NCBI GenBank assembly: GCA_944372195.1
Contig: CALVYK010000002.1
Span: 4,422-68,421, forward strand
Origin: an uncultured Bacilli bacterium
GTDB taxonomy: Bacteria > Bacillota_I > Bacilli_A > RF39 > UBA660
Direction: 5' to 3'
Length of the DNA: 64,000 bases
The notes beneath the pieces were generated by a model that did no database searches, was not told the origin of the DNA, and saw only the letters and a program-made list of their open reading frames with translations. Positions within the stretch are counted from its first letter, which is position 1; each line of letters opens with the position of its first letter. Positions 39,531 through 49,444 of this stretch are shown piece after piece. The translations under genes and the position numbers were made by a program.

Positions 39531-40569
39531 TAGAGAGGGCTTAGCAGCAGTTTTCAAAGATGAAAGATGGGGGTTCATCGATAAAACAGGAAAAGAAGTA
39601 TTACCATTTATTTATGAATATGCTGATTCATTTGATTCTGGGGTAGCCTGTGTTAAAACAACAGAAGGAATTGGATATATAGATAAGTCAGGGAAAGAGG
39701 TAATTCCATGCATTTATGATGGTACTGATTCAAATGCTCTTGATTATTCGGGACAATTTAGTGAAGGTTTAGTATCTGTAAGAAAAGGTGATGAATGGAT
39801 ATTCATTGACAGAAAAGGTAATGAGATAACATCAGATATTTATGAAAAATATTTTGATGATCACGAATCGTTTAAAAATGGTGTTATTGTATTAGAAAAA
39901 ACAGAAACTGGAGAACGAGTTTTATTAAATGAGTTAGGTCAAGAAATATTAAAAACTGATGGTTATGATGATATTTATTATCGATTTGCAGATAATTATA
40001 ATGACAACAAAGATTATCCTTTATTTATTAATTATAAAAAAGATGATCAAGGACATAAAAAATGGGGTTATATAAATAAATTTGGAGAAACAGTAATTCC
40101 ATTTATTTATGATCATATAGGAAAATTTAGCGAAGGTTTAGCGCCTGTATTTAATGATGGAAGAAAATTTTATATAGATATTTCTGGTAGAGAAGTATTA
40201 TCTTGTGGTTATGATTATATTGGAAACTTTAGTGAAGGCTTAGCAGCAGTAAAAAAAGATGAAAAATGGGGATTTATTGATAAAACGGGGAAAGAAATAT
40301 GTCCACCAACTTATAAAGAGGCATTTAATTTTAGTGAAGGAAAAGCTGTTGTTCAAACATTAGATGGGGAATATATTGTAATAGACACTAATATGAATAA
40401 ATTATTTAGTATTACTAATTCAGATAAGGAAGAAAAATTTATTAGAGGCATTACTGAATTAAGTCCTTTTCCTGTTGCTTATAATATTTCAACTGGTGAA
40501 GTTTTGCAAGTATCCCAAATTGAAAAAAGAGAAGATATTCATGATTTTGAACAAGGAAAGTCCAAATAA
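39511..40569 (+). pseudogene. WG-repeat (KWG/WG_beta_rep-like) protein reading frame with no start codon; probably a 5'-truncated gene
   Basis: 352 sense codons ending at the TAA at 40567. The repeated motif is F(S/R)EGLAAV.KD.KWGFIDKTGKE. The first in-frame ATG/GTG/TTG is the ATG about 45 codons before the stop, which explains why the ORF is missing from the track. Confidence 0.6.
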
Positions 40570-40572
40570 CAT

Positions 40573-40609
40573 AAAGAAATCTTTAAATCTAATAAAAGAT
40601 TTCTTTTTT
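40573..40609 (+). terminator. Intrinsic terminator after the WG-repeat frame
   Basis: 11-bp stem AAAGAAATCTT / AAGATTTCTTT followed by a T run. Confidence 0.6.
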
Positions 40610-40651
40610 ATTATAAAATTTTACAAATTATTACAAAAGGAATTTCAATAT

Positions 40652-40688
40652 CCTTGATTTTATTATAAAAAATATATATAATTAAGTT
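40652..40688 (+). promoter_or_regulatory. fba promoter (second copy of the 37-bp repeat)
   Basis: TTGATT (40654-40659), a 17-nt spacer, then TATAAT (40677-40682). A GGTGAT RBS and the ATG at 40698 follow. Confidence 0.6.
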
Positions 40689-40697
40689 GGTGATAGA

Positions 40698-41549
40698 ATG
40701 TTAGAAAATATGAAAGATATGCTTAACAAAGCTGATAGTGGTAAATATGCGGTACCACATTTTAATATAAATAATTTAGAATGGACAAGATTTATTTTAG
40801 AAGAATGTCAAGAATTAAGAACACCATTAATATTAGGTGTTAGTGAAGGTGCTATTAAATACATGGGAGGATATAAAACGGTATCTAATTTAGTTAGATC
40901 TTTATTTAGTGATTTAAATATAACTATTCCTGTTGCATTACATTTAGATCATGGAAGTAGTTATGAAAGTTGTGTAAAAGCAATTGATAATGGTTTTACT
41001 TCAGTTATGATTGATGCTTCAAAATATCCTTTAGAAGAAAATATAAATATCACAAAGCAAGTAGTTATGTATGCTAAAGATAAAAATGTAACAGTTGAAG
41101 CAGAAGTAGGTGCTGTTGGAGGAGAAGAAGATGGTGTAGCAGATGAACTAGCTTACGCTAAAGTAGAAGATGCAGTAAAATTGGTTAATGAAACTAATAT
41201 TGATTTTCTAGCACCTGCTTTAGGAAGTGTTCATGGATTATATAAAGGTGAACCAAAACTAGATTTTGAAAGAATGGCAAAAATTCACGATTTAACTAAA
41301 TTACCATTAGTATTACATGGTGGTTCAGGAATACCAGATGAATTAATAAAAAAAGCAATTAGTTGTGGTATTGCAAAGATAAACATCAATACTGAATTGC
41401 AAATTGCATGGTCAAAAGCAGTAAGAAGTTTCTTAAATCAAAATGAAAAGGTATATGACCCACGTAAAATAATTAAAGGTGGCGAAGTTGCTATGAAAGA
41501 AATGATTAAAGAAAAAGTAATGTTATTTGGAAGTAATGGCAAAGCCTAA
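40698..41549 (+). CDS. fba: Class II fructose-1,6-bisphosphate aldolase
   Basis: YAVPHFNINNLEW, LHLDHG and LVLHGGSG motifs. Confidence 0.95.
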   Translation: MLENMKDMLNKADSGKYAVPHFNINNLEWTRFILEECQELRTPLILGVSEGAIKYMGGYKTVSNLVRSLFSDLNITIPVALHLDHGSSYESCVKAIDNGFTSVMIDASKYPLEENINITKQVVMYAKDKNVTVEAEVGAVGGEEDGVADELAYAKVEDAVKLVNETNIDFLAPALGSVHGLYKGEPKLDFERMAKIHDLTKLPLVLHGGSGIPDELIKKAISCGIAKININTELQIAWSKAVRSFLNQNEKVYDPRKIIKGGEVAMKEMIKEKVMLFGSNGKA

Positions 41550-41580
41550 TTAATTACATACAAATATAGTGGAGGAAGTT

Positions 41581-42834
41581 ATGAAAAAAATTAAAATAAA
41601 TGGAGGCAAAGAATTAAAAGGGTCAATCAAAATAAGTGGGGCTAAAAATAGTGCAGTTGCATTAGTTCCTGCTTCACTTTTATCGGATGGCGTTGTAACA
41701 ATTGATAATGTACCAAATATATCTGATATTGATGCATTAAATGAAATATTAGAATACTTAGGAGCCAAAGTTAAAAGAGAAGATAATAAGATGATTATTG
41801 ATCAAAAGTATTTAGAAAATAAAGAAATTCCCGAAGAAAAGGCAAAAAAATTAAGAGCATCATATTATTTTATGTCGGCCTTATTAGGGAAGTATAAACA
41901 TGTCGAAATGTATTTTCCAGGGGGATGTTCAATCGGCGCTAGACCGATTGACCAAACGTTAAAAGGATATCGTGCACTGGGAGCTGAAGTAATCGAAGAA
42001 GGTAATAAATTTATAATTAATGCCAAAGAATTAGTTGGGAGTGTAGTTAGTTTAGATATGCCTAGCGTAGGAGCTACTATTAATACTATTTTGGCAGCAG
42101 TAAAGGCAAAGGGGACGACAACAATTTTAAATGCTGCTAAAGAACCAGAAATAGTGAATGTTGCCACATTTTTAAACAATATGGGCGCTAGAATAAGTGG
42201 TGCTGGAACTAGTGAAATAACTATAAAAGGTGTTTCTAAATTAGGAGATGGTTTTGCAGAAGTAATTCCTGATCGAATTGAAGCAGGAACTTATGTTATA
42301 GCAGGAGCTTTAGTTGGTAATAAATTAAAAATTGAAAATATAATACCAGATCATATTGAATCTTTAACATCAAAATTAAAAGAAATGAATGTTCCAATAG
42401 AAATATATGATGATTATTTAATTATTTCTAGAAGTTCTAATTTAAAACCAGTTACTATCAAAACATTAGGATATCCTGGATTTCCAACAGATTTACAGCA
42501 ACCAATGACTACTTTATTAATTGGATGTAATGGAAAATCAACATTAGAAGAAACAATATATGAAAATAGATTTCAAAATGTTCCATTTTTAAATGAAATG
42601 GGAGCAGATATAATTATTGATAAAAGAAAGATATATATAAATGGACCTAAAAATTTGATTGGCAAAGAAGTAATTGCTACAGATTTAAGGGCAGGTGCTT
42701 GTTTGGTTTTAGCTGGTCTTAAAGCAAGTGAAACAACTATCATTAAAGATGTTGAACACATTTTAAGAGGCTATGAAAACATTATAGAAAAATTAAAAAA
42801 TGTTGGAGCTGATATTGTTTTAGTTGATGAATAA
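41581..42834 (+). CDS. murA: UDP-N-acetylglucosamine 1-carboxyvinyltransferase
   Basis: ISGAKNSAVALVPA and GGCSIGARPID (the catalytic Cys loop). Confidence 0.95.
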   Translation: MKKIKINGGKELKGSIKISGAKNSAVALVPASLLSDGVVTIDNVPNISDIDALNEILEYLGAKVKREDNKMIIDQKYLENKEIPEEKAKKLRASYYFMSALLGKYKHVEMYFPGGCSIGARPIDQTLKGYRALGAEVIEEGNKFIINAKELVGSVVSLDMPSVGATINTILAAVKAKGTTTILNAAKEPEIVNVATFLNNMGARISGAGTSEITIKGVSKLGDGFAEVIPDRIEAGTYVIAGALVGNKLKIENIIPDHIESLTSKLKEMNVPIEIYDDYLIISRSSNLKPVTIKTLGYPGFPTDLQQPMTTLLIGCNGKSTLEETIYENRFQNVPFLNEMGADIIIDKRKIYINGPKNLIGKEVIATDLRAGACLVLAGLKASETTIIKDVEHILRGYENIIEKLKNVGADIVLVDE

Positions 42835-42893
42835 TTTGGTTAATAAATAATATAATTAAGTAGAGTAATCTACTTTTTTAATGGAGGAAAACT

Positions 42894-43589
42894 ATGAAAA
42901 AAATATTAACTATAATTATTGTTTTATTGTCAGTATTTTTAATTTATTTAGGTTTTAAAGATAAAGATGTATACTATTTTTCAATGGGTGATAGTCTAGC
43001 TAATGGAATAAATTCTTATAATGCTAAGGATTATGGTTATGCTGATTATGTTAAAGATAGTTTAGAAGTTAAAAAATATGTTAGTTTTACTAATAATAAT
43101 AAAAGAAGTATTGATTTTGTAAAAGATATTGAAGATAATATAAAAATAGATGATAAAAATATTCAAAATATATTAATTAAAGCTGATATAATTACTTTAT
43201 CGGTTGGAATGAATGATTTATTTAGTAATGTAACTTTTAATAATGATTTTAGTGTTAATGATTTATATACAAAATTTGAAGAAGTAACAGTTGATTTAGA
43301 AAATTTATTTAAATTATTACGTACTTATTCTAAAGAAGATATAATATATATTGGTATATATAATTGTTTGAAAGAAAATAGTTTAGATGAGTTTTTCATA
43401 TATGCAAATGAACAATTAAAAAAATTATGTGATAACTATAAAATAACTTATCTAGATATATATAATGATTTCAATAATACATCTTATTTTGATAATCCTA
43501 ATAGTTATTTTCCTAATAAAGATGGATATAAATTGATTTCAAATAAAATAATTGACACAATTATTGAAAAAAATAACAAAAATGCTTGA
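42894..43589 (+). CDS. SGNH/GDSL-family hydrolase with an N-terminal membrane anchor
   Basis: GDSLANG block I motif and GMNDL block III motif. Confidence 0.75.
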   Translation: MKKILTIIIVLLSVFLIYLGFKDKDVYYFSMGDSLANGINSYNAKDYGYADYVKDSLEVKKYVSFTNNNKRSIDFVKDIEDNIKIDDKNIQNILIKADIITLSVGMNDLFSNVTFNNDFSVNDLYTKFEEVTVDLENLFKLLRTYSKEDIIYIGIYNCLKENSLDEFFIYANEQLKKLCDNYKITYLDIYNDFNNTSYFDNPNSYFPNKDGYKLISNKIIDTIIEKNNKNA

Positions 43590-43669
43590 TTTTTTTCAAA
43601 TTTATTTGCTATAATATATACGCGTTAAATTTCTATGACTTTTTTAGTCATGGCGGAAGGAGATAGATT

Positions 43670-43885
43670 ATGAAAAAAGGTATTCATCCAGAATATATGG
43701 AAACTAAAGTTACTTGTGCTTGTGGTAATACTTTTACAGTAAGATCTAATAAAAAAGAATTACATTTAGAAGTTTGTGACAAATGTCATCCATTCTTTAC
43801 AGGTAAACAAGGAACTGTTACAAAAACAGGTAGAGTTGAAAAATTCAATCGTAAATATGGACTTAACCAAGATAAAGCTGCTTAA
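43670..43885 (+). CDS. rpmE: 50S ribosomal protein L31 (zinc-binding type A)
   Basis: MKKGIHPEY...CACG...[12 protein letters not shown]. Confidence 0.95.
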   Translation: MKKGIHPEYMETKVTCACGNTFTVRSNKKELHLEVCDKCHPFFTGKQGTVTKTGRVEKFNRKYGLNQDKAA

Positions 43886-43992
43886 TTGCAGTTTTTTTGT
43901 TTAAAGTGCAATTCTAAAGTGCAATTTTTGCACTTTGAAATTTGATTTTTAAAATGATTTATAGTATAATGAATATAGTCTGGAGAGTGAAT

Positions 43993-45057
43993 ATGGAAAA
44001 AAATTGGAATTTAGGTCTTTCAGAATATATTAAACAAGGAGAACCTAGTAAAGTTGAAAAAACTATAACATGGGAAACAGCAATTGGATTACAAGATGTC
44101 GATGGATTAAAAACTTCAAATTATTTGATTGAAAGTGCTAGAGAACACATCGAGGGTAAAATTGATATAAATGAAGTAAAATATCGAATAAATCAATATT
44201 ATAAAGTTAAAAATAATAAAAATGAAGAAAATTACGAGGAAGCAGATAAAGTATCTGTAAGAATAGCAGAAATTTTAAGTGAAAAATCTTTTAATTTTAA
44301 TTATATTGAATTATTAAATATTCATAAAAGACTGTTTAATGGTATTTATAATCATGCTGGAAAATTTAGGGATTATAATATAACAAAAGAAGAATGGGTT
44401 TTAAATGGAGATACTGTAACTTATGCATCATATGATTCTATAAAATCAGTTTTAGAGTTCGACTTTGAGCAAGAAAAAAATTTCTTATATAAAAATTTGT
44501 CTCTTGAAGAATCAATAAAACATTTATGTCACTTTACATCAAATATATGGCAAATTCATCCGTTTGGTGAAGGAAATACAAGAACAACAGCTGTTTTTAT
44601 AATAAAATATTTAAGAACTTTTGGCTTTAATATTAACAATGAAGTTTTTGCTAATAATTCATTTTATTTTAGAAATGCGTTGGTTAGAGCTAATTACAAA
44701 AATTTTGAAAAAAATATTTTTGAAGATATTTCTTTTTTAGAAAAATTCTTTTACAATCTTTTAGCAAGTACAAATTATGAATTAAAAAATCGATTTATCC
44801 ATATTGACTATAACAAAAATAACAATTTAAAAGAATTGGAATATAATGATTGTACTTTAGAGGAATTAGCTATTATAAAAATAATTAAAAATAATCCTAC
44901 AATTAAACAAGAAGAAATTGCTGATAATATTAATAAATCATTAAGAACAATTAAAACACGAATGATTGATATGCAAAATAAAGGATTAATAGTACGAAAA
45001 AATGGTAAAAGAAATGGAGAATGGATAGTGTTAAATAGAGAGGAAGATTCAAAATGA
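43993..45057 (+). CDS. Fic/DOC-family protein with a C-terminal winged-helix domain
   Basis: HPFGEGNTRTTA matches the Fic motif HxFx(D/E)GNGRxxR, with T in place of the second G. The C-terminus has an HTH-like segment. Confidence 0.85.
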   Translation: MEKNWNLGLSEYIKQGEPSKVEKTITWETAIGLQDVDGLKTSNYLIESAREHIEGKIDINEVKYRINQYYKVKNNKNEENYEEADKVSVRIAEILSEKSFNFNYIELLNIHKRLFNGIYNHAGKFRDYNITKEEWVLNGDTVTYASYDSIKSVLEFDFEQEKNFLYKNLSLEESIKHLCHFTSNIWQIHPFGEGNTRTTAVFIIKYLRTFGFNINNEVFANNSFYFRNALVRANYKNFEKNIFEDISFLEKFFYNLLASTNYELKNRFIHIDYNKNNNLKELEYNDCTLEELAIIKIIKNNPTIKQEEIADNINKSLRTIKTRMIDMQNKGLIVRKNGKRNGEWIVLNREEDSK

Positions 45058-45482
45058 AAATAGGAATAGCAAGTGACCATCGAGGTGTTATTTTAAAAGA
45101 AAAAATTAAAAATTATTTAAATGATAGATATCAAATAATAGATTATGGAACCAATTCAATAGAAAGTGTAGATTATCCACAATATGCTTATAAAATTGGA
45201 GAAAGTATAAGAGATAATAAAATTGATTTTGGTATATTAATTTGTGGAACCGGAATAGGTATGAGTATAGCTTGTAATAAAGTAAAAAAAGTTAGATGCG
45301 CTAAAGTAACAACTAAAGAAGAAGCTTTTTTAGCTAGATCTCACAATAATGCGAATGTCATAGCATTAAGTGAAAATACAAATAATTATAAAGAAATAAT
45401 TGATACTTTTTTAACTACTGATTTTTCAAACGAAGAAAAACATAGAAGAAGAGTAGAAATGATTGATAACTATGACAATTAA
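45054..45482 (+). CDS. rpiB: Ribose-5-phosphate isomerase B
   Basis: MKIGIASDHRG and ILICGTGIGMSIACNK. Confidence 0.93.
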   Translation: MKIGIASDHRGVILKEKIKNYLNDRYQIIDYGTNSIESVDYPQYAYKIGESIRDNKIDFGILICGTGIGMSIACNKVKKVRCAKVTTKEEAFLARSHNNANVIALSENTNNYKEIIDTFLTTDFSNEEKHRRRVEMIDNYDN

Positions 45483-45663
45483 GACAATTTTATATTTAAT
45501 TATTTTGCCATTTTCTATCCTTGCTTTAGATAGTATTAATATAAATAATGTTTTTAAAAAAAACAGATACTATCAAGCAAGAATATTATATATGTTTTTA
45601 GCAATGGCTTTGTCGTATTTAGTCGTTAACTTTTTTTACGATTTCTTTATTTCGGTAGTATAA
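45463..45663 (+). CDS. Small integral membrane protein (DUF1146/YwzB-like)
   Basis: 66 aa with two TM segments. Confidence 0.4.
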   Translation: MITMTIKTILYLIILPFSILALDSININNVFKKNRYYQARILYMFLAMALSYLVVNFFYDFFISVV

Positions 45664-45704
45664 TTTAAATTAGATAGCAGTATTTTAATAATGGAGATGA
45701 TATT

Positions 45705-46610
45705 ATGAAAAAAATACTGCTTTTAACATGCATAATTATTTTTATTCCTTATATCATTGTTAATTTATTTATAAAAGATGATGAGATAAAATTTAAATAT
45801 ACATCTAACATGATGGTAAGAGTAAAACAAGACGATAAAATAATAAATGTTCCATTTGAAGATTATATTGTCGGTGTTTTAGCTGGTGAGATGCCAGTAT
45901 CATTTGAACTTGAAGCTTTAAAAGCACAAGCAGTTGCCGCTAGAAGTTATGTTATGAAAAAAATGGAAGCTAATATTGATAAAGAATATGATGTCGTAGA
46001 TACTGTTATGAACCAGGTTTATTTAGATGATGAACATTTACAAGAAGTATGGAAAGATAATTATACTACTAATATAAATAAAATAAAACAAGCAGTTTTA
46101 GAAACATTTAACGAATATTTAGAATATGATGGTAAAGTAGTTGATGCAATGTTTTTCTCAACCAGTGTTGGCGCTACTGAAAATAGTGAAGAAGTATTTA
46201 CTAATAAAGTACCTTATCTAAGAAGTGTATCTTCAACTTGGGATTCTATTTCACCTGTTTATGAAGTAGATTATACATTTAGTTTAGAATATTTTTATAA
46301 TAAATTAAATTTAAAGTATAATGAAACGTTAGATATTGAATTACTAGAGACTACTAGTACAGGAAGAGTAAAAAAATTAAAAATAAATGGTACAACTTTA
46401 GAAGGTAATACTGTCGTAACTAATTTAAAATTAAAATCAAATCATTTTACAATTAAATTAGAAAATAATAAAATTTATATCACAACTAAAGGATATGGTC
46501 ATGGAGTTGGAATGAGTCAATATGGAGCACAGGCAATGGCTTTAAAAGGATATACATACGATGAAATATTAAAATATTATTATCAAGGAGTTGAAATTAA
46601 AAAAATTTAA
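45705..46610 (+). CDS. spoIID: Stage II sporulation protein D (lytic transglycosylase, SpoIID/LytB domain)
   Basis: EALKAQAVAARSY and GHGVGMSQYGA. Confidence 0.9.
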   Translation: MKKILLLTCIIIFIPYIIVNLFIKDDEIKFKYTSNMMVRVKQDDKIINVPFEDYIVGVLAGEMPVSFELEALKAQAVAARSYVMKKMEANIDKEYDVVDTVMNQVYLDDEHLQEVWKDNYTTNINKIKQAVLETFNEYLEYDGKVVDAMFFSTSVGATENSEEVFTNKVPYLRSVSSTWDSISPVYEVDYTFSLEYFYNKLNLKYNETLDIELLETTSTGRVKKLKINGTTLEGNTVVTNLKLKSNHFTIKLENNKIYITTKGYGHGVGMSQYGAQAMALKGYTYDEILKYYYQGVEIKKI

Positions 46611-46658
46611 TGTATAAAATTTTCATATTTGAGCAAACTTATTTTAGAGGTGAAAAAT

Positions 46659-47282
46659 ATGAAAAGAAGATTAAAAAAACCAGTTATCTATGCTTTATAT
46701 GCATTATCTTTTGTAACTATTATTGGAACAATTTATATGTTAGAGATGATTTCTAGTCCTTCTAAATTAGATGATAATTCAACCTATGTAGATGATGTAA
46801 TAATCGAAGATGAGGTACCTGTTATTAATACTAGAGATATAATATCAAGACCTTATTTAATTGATGATGTTATTATTGCTAGACATTTTTATGATTATCA
46901 GGGAAGCGAAGAAGAACAAAAAAATTCATTAATCTATTATGATAATACATATATTCCAAATAGTGGTGTTGATTATCAAAGTAAAGAGACATTTGATGTT
47001 GTATCTATTTTAGATGGTAAAGTAACTAAAGTAGAAGAAAATAATTTATTAGGAAAAATAATTGAGATTACACACGATAACAATTTGATTAGTGTTTATC
47101 AAAGCTTAAGCGAAACATTAGTTCAAGAAGGTGATAATGTTTTGCAAGGCCAAATAATTGGTAAAAGTGGAGAATCAAATATTTCAACAGATTTAGGCAA
47201 CCATCTTCATTTTGAGTTAATTCATAATAGTAAAAATGTTAATCCAGAAGAATATTATGATAAACAATTAGGAGAGTTGTAA
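46659..47282 (+). CDS. M23/LytM-domain membrane protein, SpoIIQ-like
   Basis: An N-terminal TM segment and a C-terminal LytM domain with HLHFELIHN. It lies upstream of spoIIID. Confidence 0.65.
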   Translation: MKRRLKKPVIYALYALSFVTIIGTIYMLEMISSPSKLDDNSTYVDDVIIEDEVPVINTRDIISRPYLIDDVIIARHFYDYQGSEEEQKNSLIYYDNTYIPNSGVDYQSKETFDVVSILDGKVTKVEENNLLGKIIEITHDNNLISVYQSLSETLVQEGDNVLQGQIIGKSGESNISTDLGNHLHFELIHNSKNVNPEEYYDKQLGEL

Positions 47283-47333
47283 TAACTCTTTTTTAGGTAT
47301 ATTTATTAAATTTATAGATATATTTAAATAGAG

Positions 47334-47588
47334 GTGTTTATGTTGAATAAAAACATTGCAAAAAGAGTTTTAGAAGAAGCTAATTATATGATTAAAACTG
47401 GTAGTACTGTAAGAGAAATGGCACTTATTTTTAATGTTAGTAAAAGTACAGTTCATAAGGACTTACATGAACGATTATTAGATGTTGATGATAAGCTTTA
47501 TTTAGAAGTTGATAAAATATTAAAATATCATACAGATGTTAGACATATAAGAGGTGGACAATCAACTAAAAGGAAGTATTTAATGTAA
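47334..47588 (+). CDS. spoIIID: Stage III sporulation protein D (HTH transcription regulator)
   Basis: TVREMALIFNVSKSTVHKDLHERL, and about 84 aa long. Confidence 0.9.
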   Translation: MFMLNKNIAKRVLEEANYMIKTGSTVREMALIFNVSKSTVHKDLHERLLDVDDKLYLEVDKILKYHTDVRHIRGGQSTKRKYLM

Positions 47589-47637
47589 AAAAATGGTAAA
47601 AACATGATATAATAAATGGAGAAATGAGAGTGATAAA

Positions 47638-48630
47638 ATGTTTGCAAAAGATATTGGAATAGATTTGGGAACAGCTAATGTATTAATATACGTTAAAGGC
47701 CAAGGAATAGTATTAAACGAACCATCTGTTGTCGCTATGGATGCAGATACTAAAAAACCACTTGCCGTTGGTAGTGAAGCAAGGGAAATGTTAGGAAGAA
47801 CTCCTGGATCTGTAATAGCGATTAGACCGATGAAAGATGGTGTTATAGCTGATTTTGAAATAACCGAAATCATGTTAAATTATTTTATTAGAAAAATAAA
47901 TGGTAAAAGTTTTTTATCACGCCCTAGAATATTGATATGTTGTCCTTCAAATATTACTCAAGTAGAAAAAAACGCAATTAAAGAAGCTGCCGAAAGAACT
48001 GGAGCTAAAAAAGTATTCATCGAAGAAGAACCAAAAGTTGCAGCAATTGGGGCTGGGATGGATATATCTAAACCAAGTGGTAATATGGTAATTGATATTG
48101 GCGGAGGAACTACTGATATAGCTGTTTTATCATTAGGTGGTATTGTGACTAGTTCCTCAATTAAAATAGCTGGTAATGTATTTGATAGTGATATTATGAA
48201 ATATATTAAAGATAAATATAAATTATTAATTGGAGATAGAACAGCAGAAGAAATAAAAATGAGTATAGGAACAGTTTATAGTGGTAATAAAAATGATAAA
48301 ATGGAAGTAAGAGGAAGAGATTTAGTAACAGGTTTACCTCATACGATTACAATGTGTTCTGATGAAGTAGAAGAAGCATTAAGAGAAAGTATTTATATAA
48401 TAATTCATACAGCAAAAAGTGTATTGGAGCAAACACCACCGGAATTAGCAGCTGATATTATTGATAAAGGTATTGTTATAACAGGTGGGGGAGCATTGAT
48501 TGATGGCTTTGATCAATTATTAGCTCATGAATTAAAAGTTCCGGTATTTGTGGCTGAAAGTCCATTAACTTGTGTTGTTGAAGGAACTGGGGTATTATTA
48601 GATAATATTAACTTAATTAATAATAAATAA
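47638..48630 (+). CDS. mreB: Rod shape-determining protein MreB/Mbl
   Basis: DIGIDLGTANVLIYV and DIGGGTTDIAVLS actin-fold motifs. mbl follows spoIIID in B. subtilis. Confidence 0.95.
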   Translation: MFAKDIGIDLGTANVLIYVKGQGIVLNEPSVVAMDADTKKPLAVGSEAREMLGRTPGSVIAIRPMKDGVIADFEITEIMLNYFIRKINGKSFLSRPRILICCPSNITQVEKNAIKEAAERTGAKKVFIEEEPKVAAIGAGMDISKPSGNMVIDIGGGTTDIAVLSLGGIVTSSSIKIAGNVFDSDIMKYIKDKYKLLIGDRTAEEIKMSIGTVYSGNKNDKMEVRGRDLVTGLPHTITMCSDEVEEALRESIYIIIHTAKSVLEQTPPELAADIIDKGIVITGGGALIDGFDQLLAHELKVPVFVAESPLTCVVEGTGVLLDNINLINNK

Positions 48631-48634
48631 AAAG

Positions 48635-48871
48635 TCATGATTTTGTTCGTGACTTTTTTTCATCTGTTAAACCAACAATATAATCAATACTGACATTATA
48701 AAATTTGGCTAATGTAATAAGATGTTCAGTTGGAATAGTAAAACTTCCTAATTCGTATTTTGAATAATATTGTTGTGATATATTTAATACATTTGCAATA
48801 TCTTTTTGTAGATAATCATTATCAATTCTTAAATCTTTCAATCTTTTAAAATACATAAAAACTACCTCCAT
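48635..48871 (-). CDS. XRE-family HTH transcriptional regulator
   Basis: LQKDIANVLNISQQYYSKYELG is a Cro/C1-type HTH. Confidence 0.8.
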   Translation of the reverse strand: MEVVFMYFKRLKDLRIDNDYLQKDIANVLNISQQYYSKYELGSFTIPTEHLITLAKFYNVSIDYIVGLTDEKKSRTKS

Positions 48872-49006
48872 CTTTATAATTAAAATAACACAAAATTAAC
48901 TATAATTTTTATTTCACACAATAACTTATGTAGGCAATGTGCTTACGAAAATAATTTAATTAATTTTGATTATTTGTGTTATAATTATTTTATAGGGAAG
49001 TGAGTT

Positions 49007-49438
49007 ATGAAAAGAGAATTTTGTGCATCTGTGTTTGTTGTAAATCCAATAGACTCTAAAATTTTATTATGCCATCATAAAAAATTTAATCGGTGGGTTC
49101 AACCTGGCGGGCATATTGAAAATAATGAAACACCTGAGGAAACAGCTTTAAGAGAAACTTACGAAGAAACTGGTGTAAGAGTAAAATTAATTGGCGAGAG
49201 ATTTCCTCGAGAAGATGATTTTATAAGACCACTAGGTATTCAACGTAATAGAGGAAAAGATGGGTCATTACATGTAGATATTACTTACGTAGGAATTCCT
49301 TTAAGTCAAGATGATGTAATGGAAGATGATGAAATAGATCGCTGTGGGTGGTTCTCATTTGAAGAATTAAGTGATATTGAAGTATTTCCCGACATTAAAA
49401 TTAGTTTTAACTATATATTAAATAATATACTTAAGTAA
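49007..49438 (+). CDS. NUDIX hydrolase
   Basis: Nudix box GGHIENNETPEETALRETYEETGV. Confidence 0.9.
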   Translation: MKREFCASVFVVNPIDSKILLCHHKKFNRWVQPGGHIENNETPEETALRETYEETGVRVKLIGERFPREDDFIRPLGIQRNRGKDGSLHVDITYVGIPLSQDDVMEDDEIDRCGWFSFEELSDIEVFPDIKISFNYILNNILK

Positions 49439-49444
49439 AGGAGT

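Noticed and set aside
40475-40657. The 60-aa plus-strand ORF in the track.
   Set aside because: It lies out of frame over the 3' end of the WG-repeat frame, and also over its terminator and the fba promoter copy. No RBS is present.
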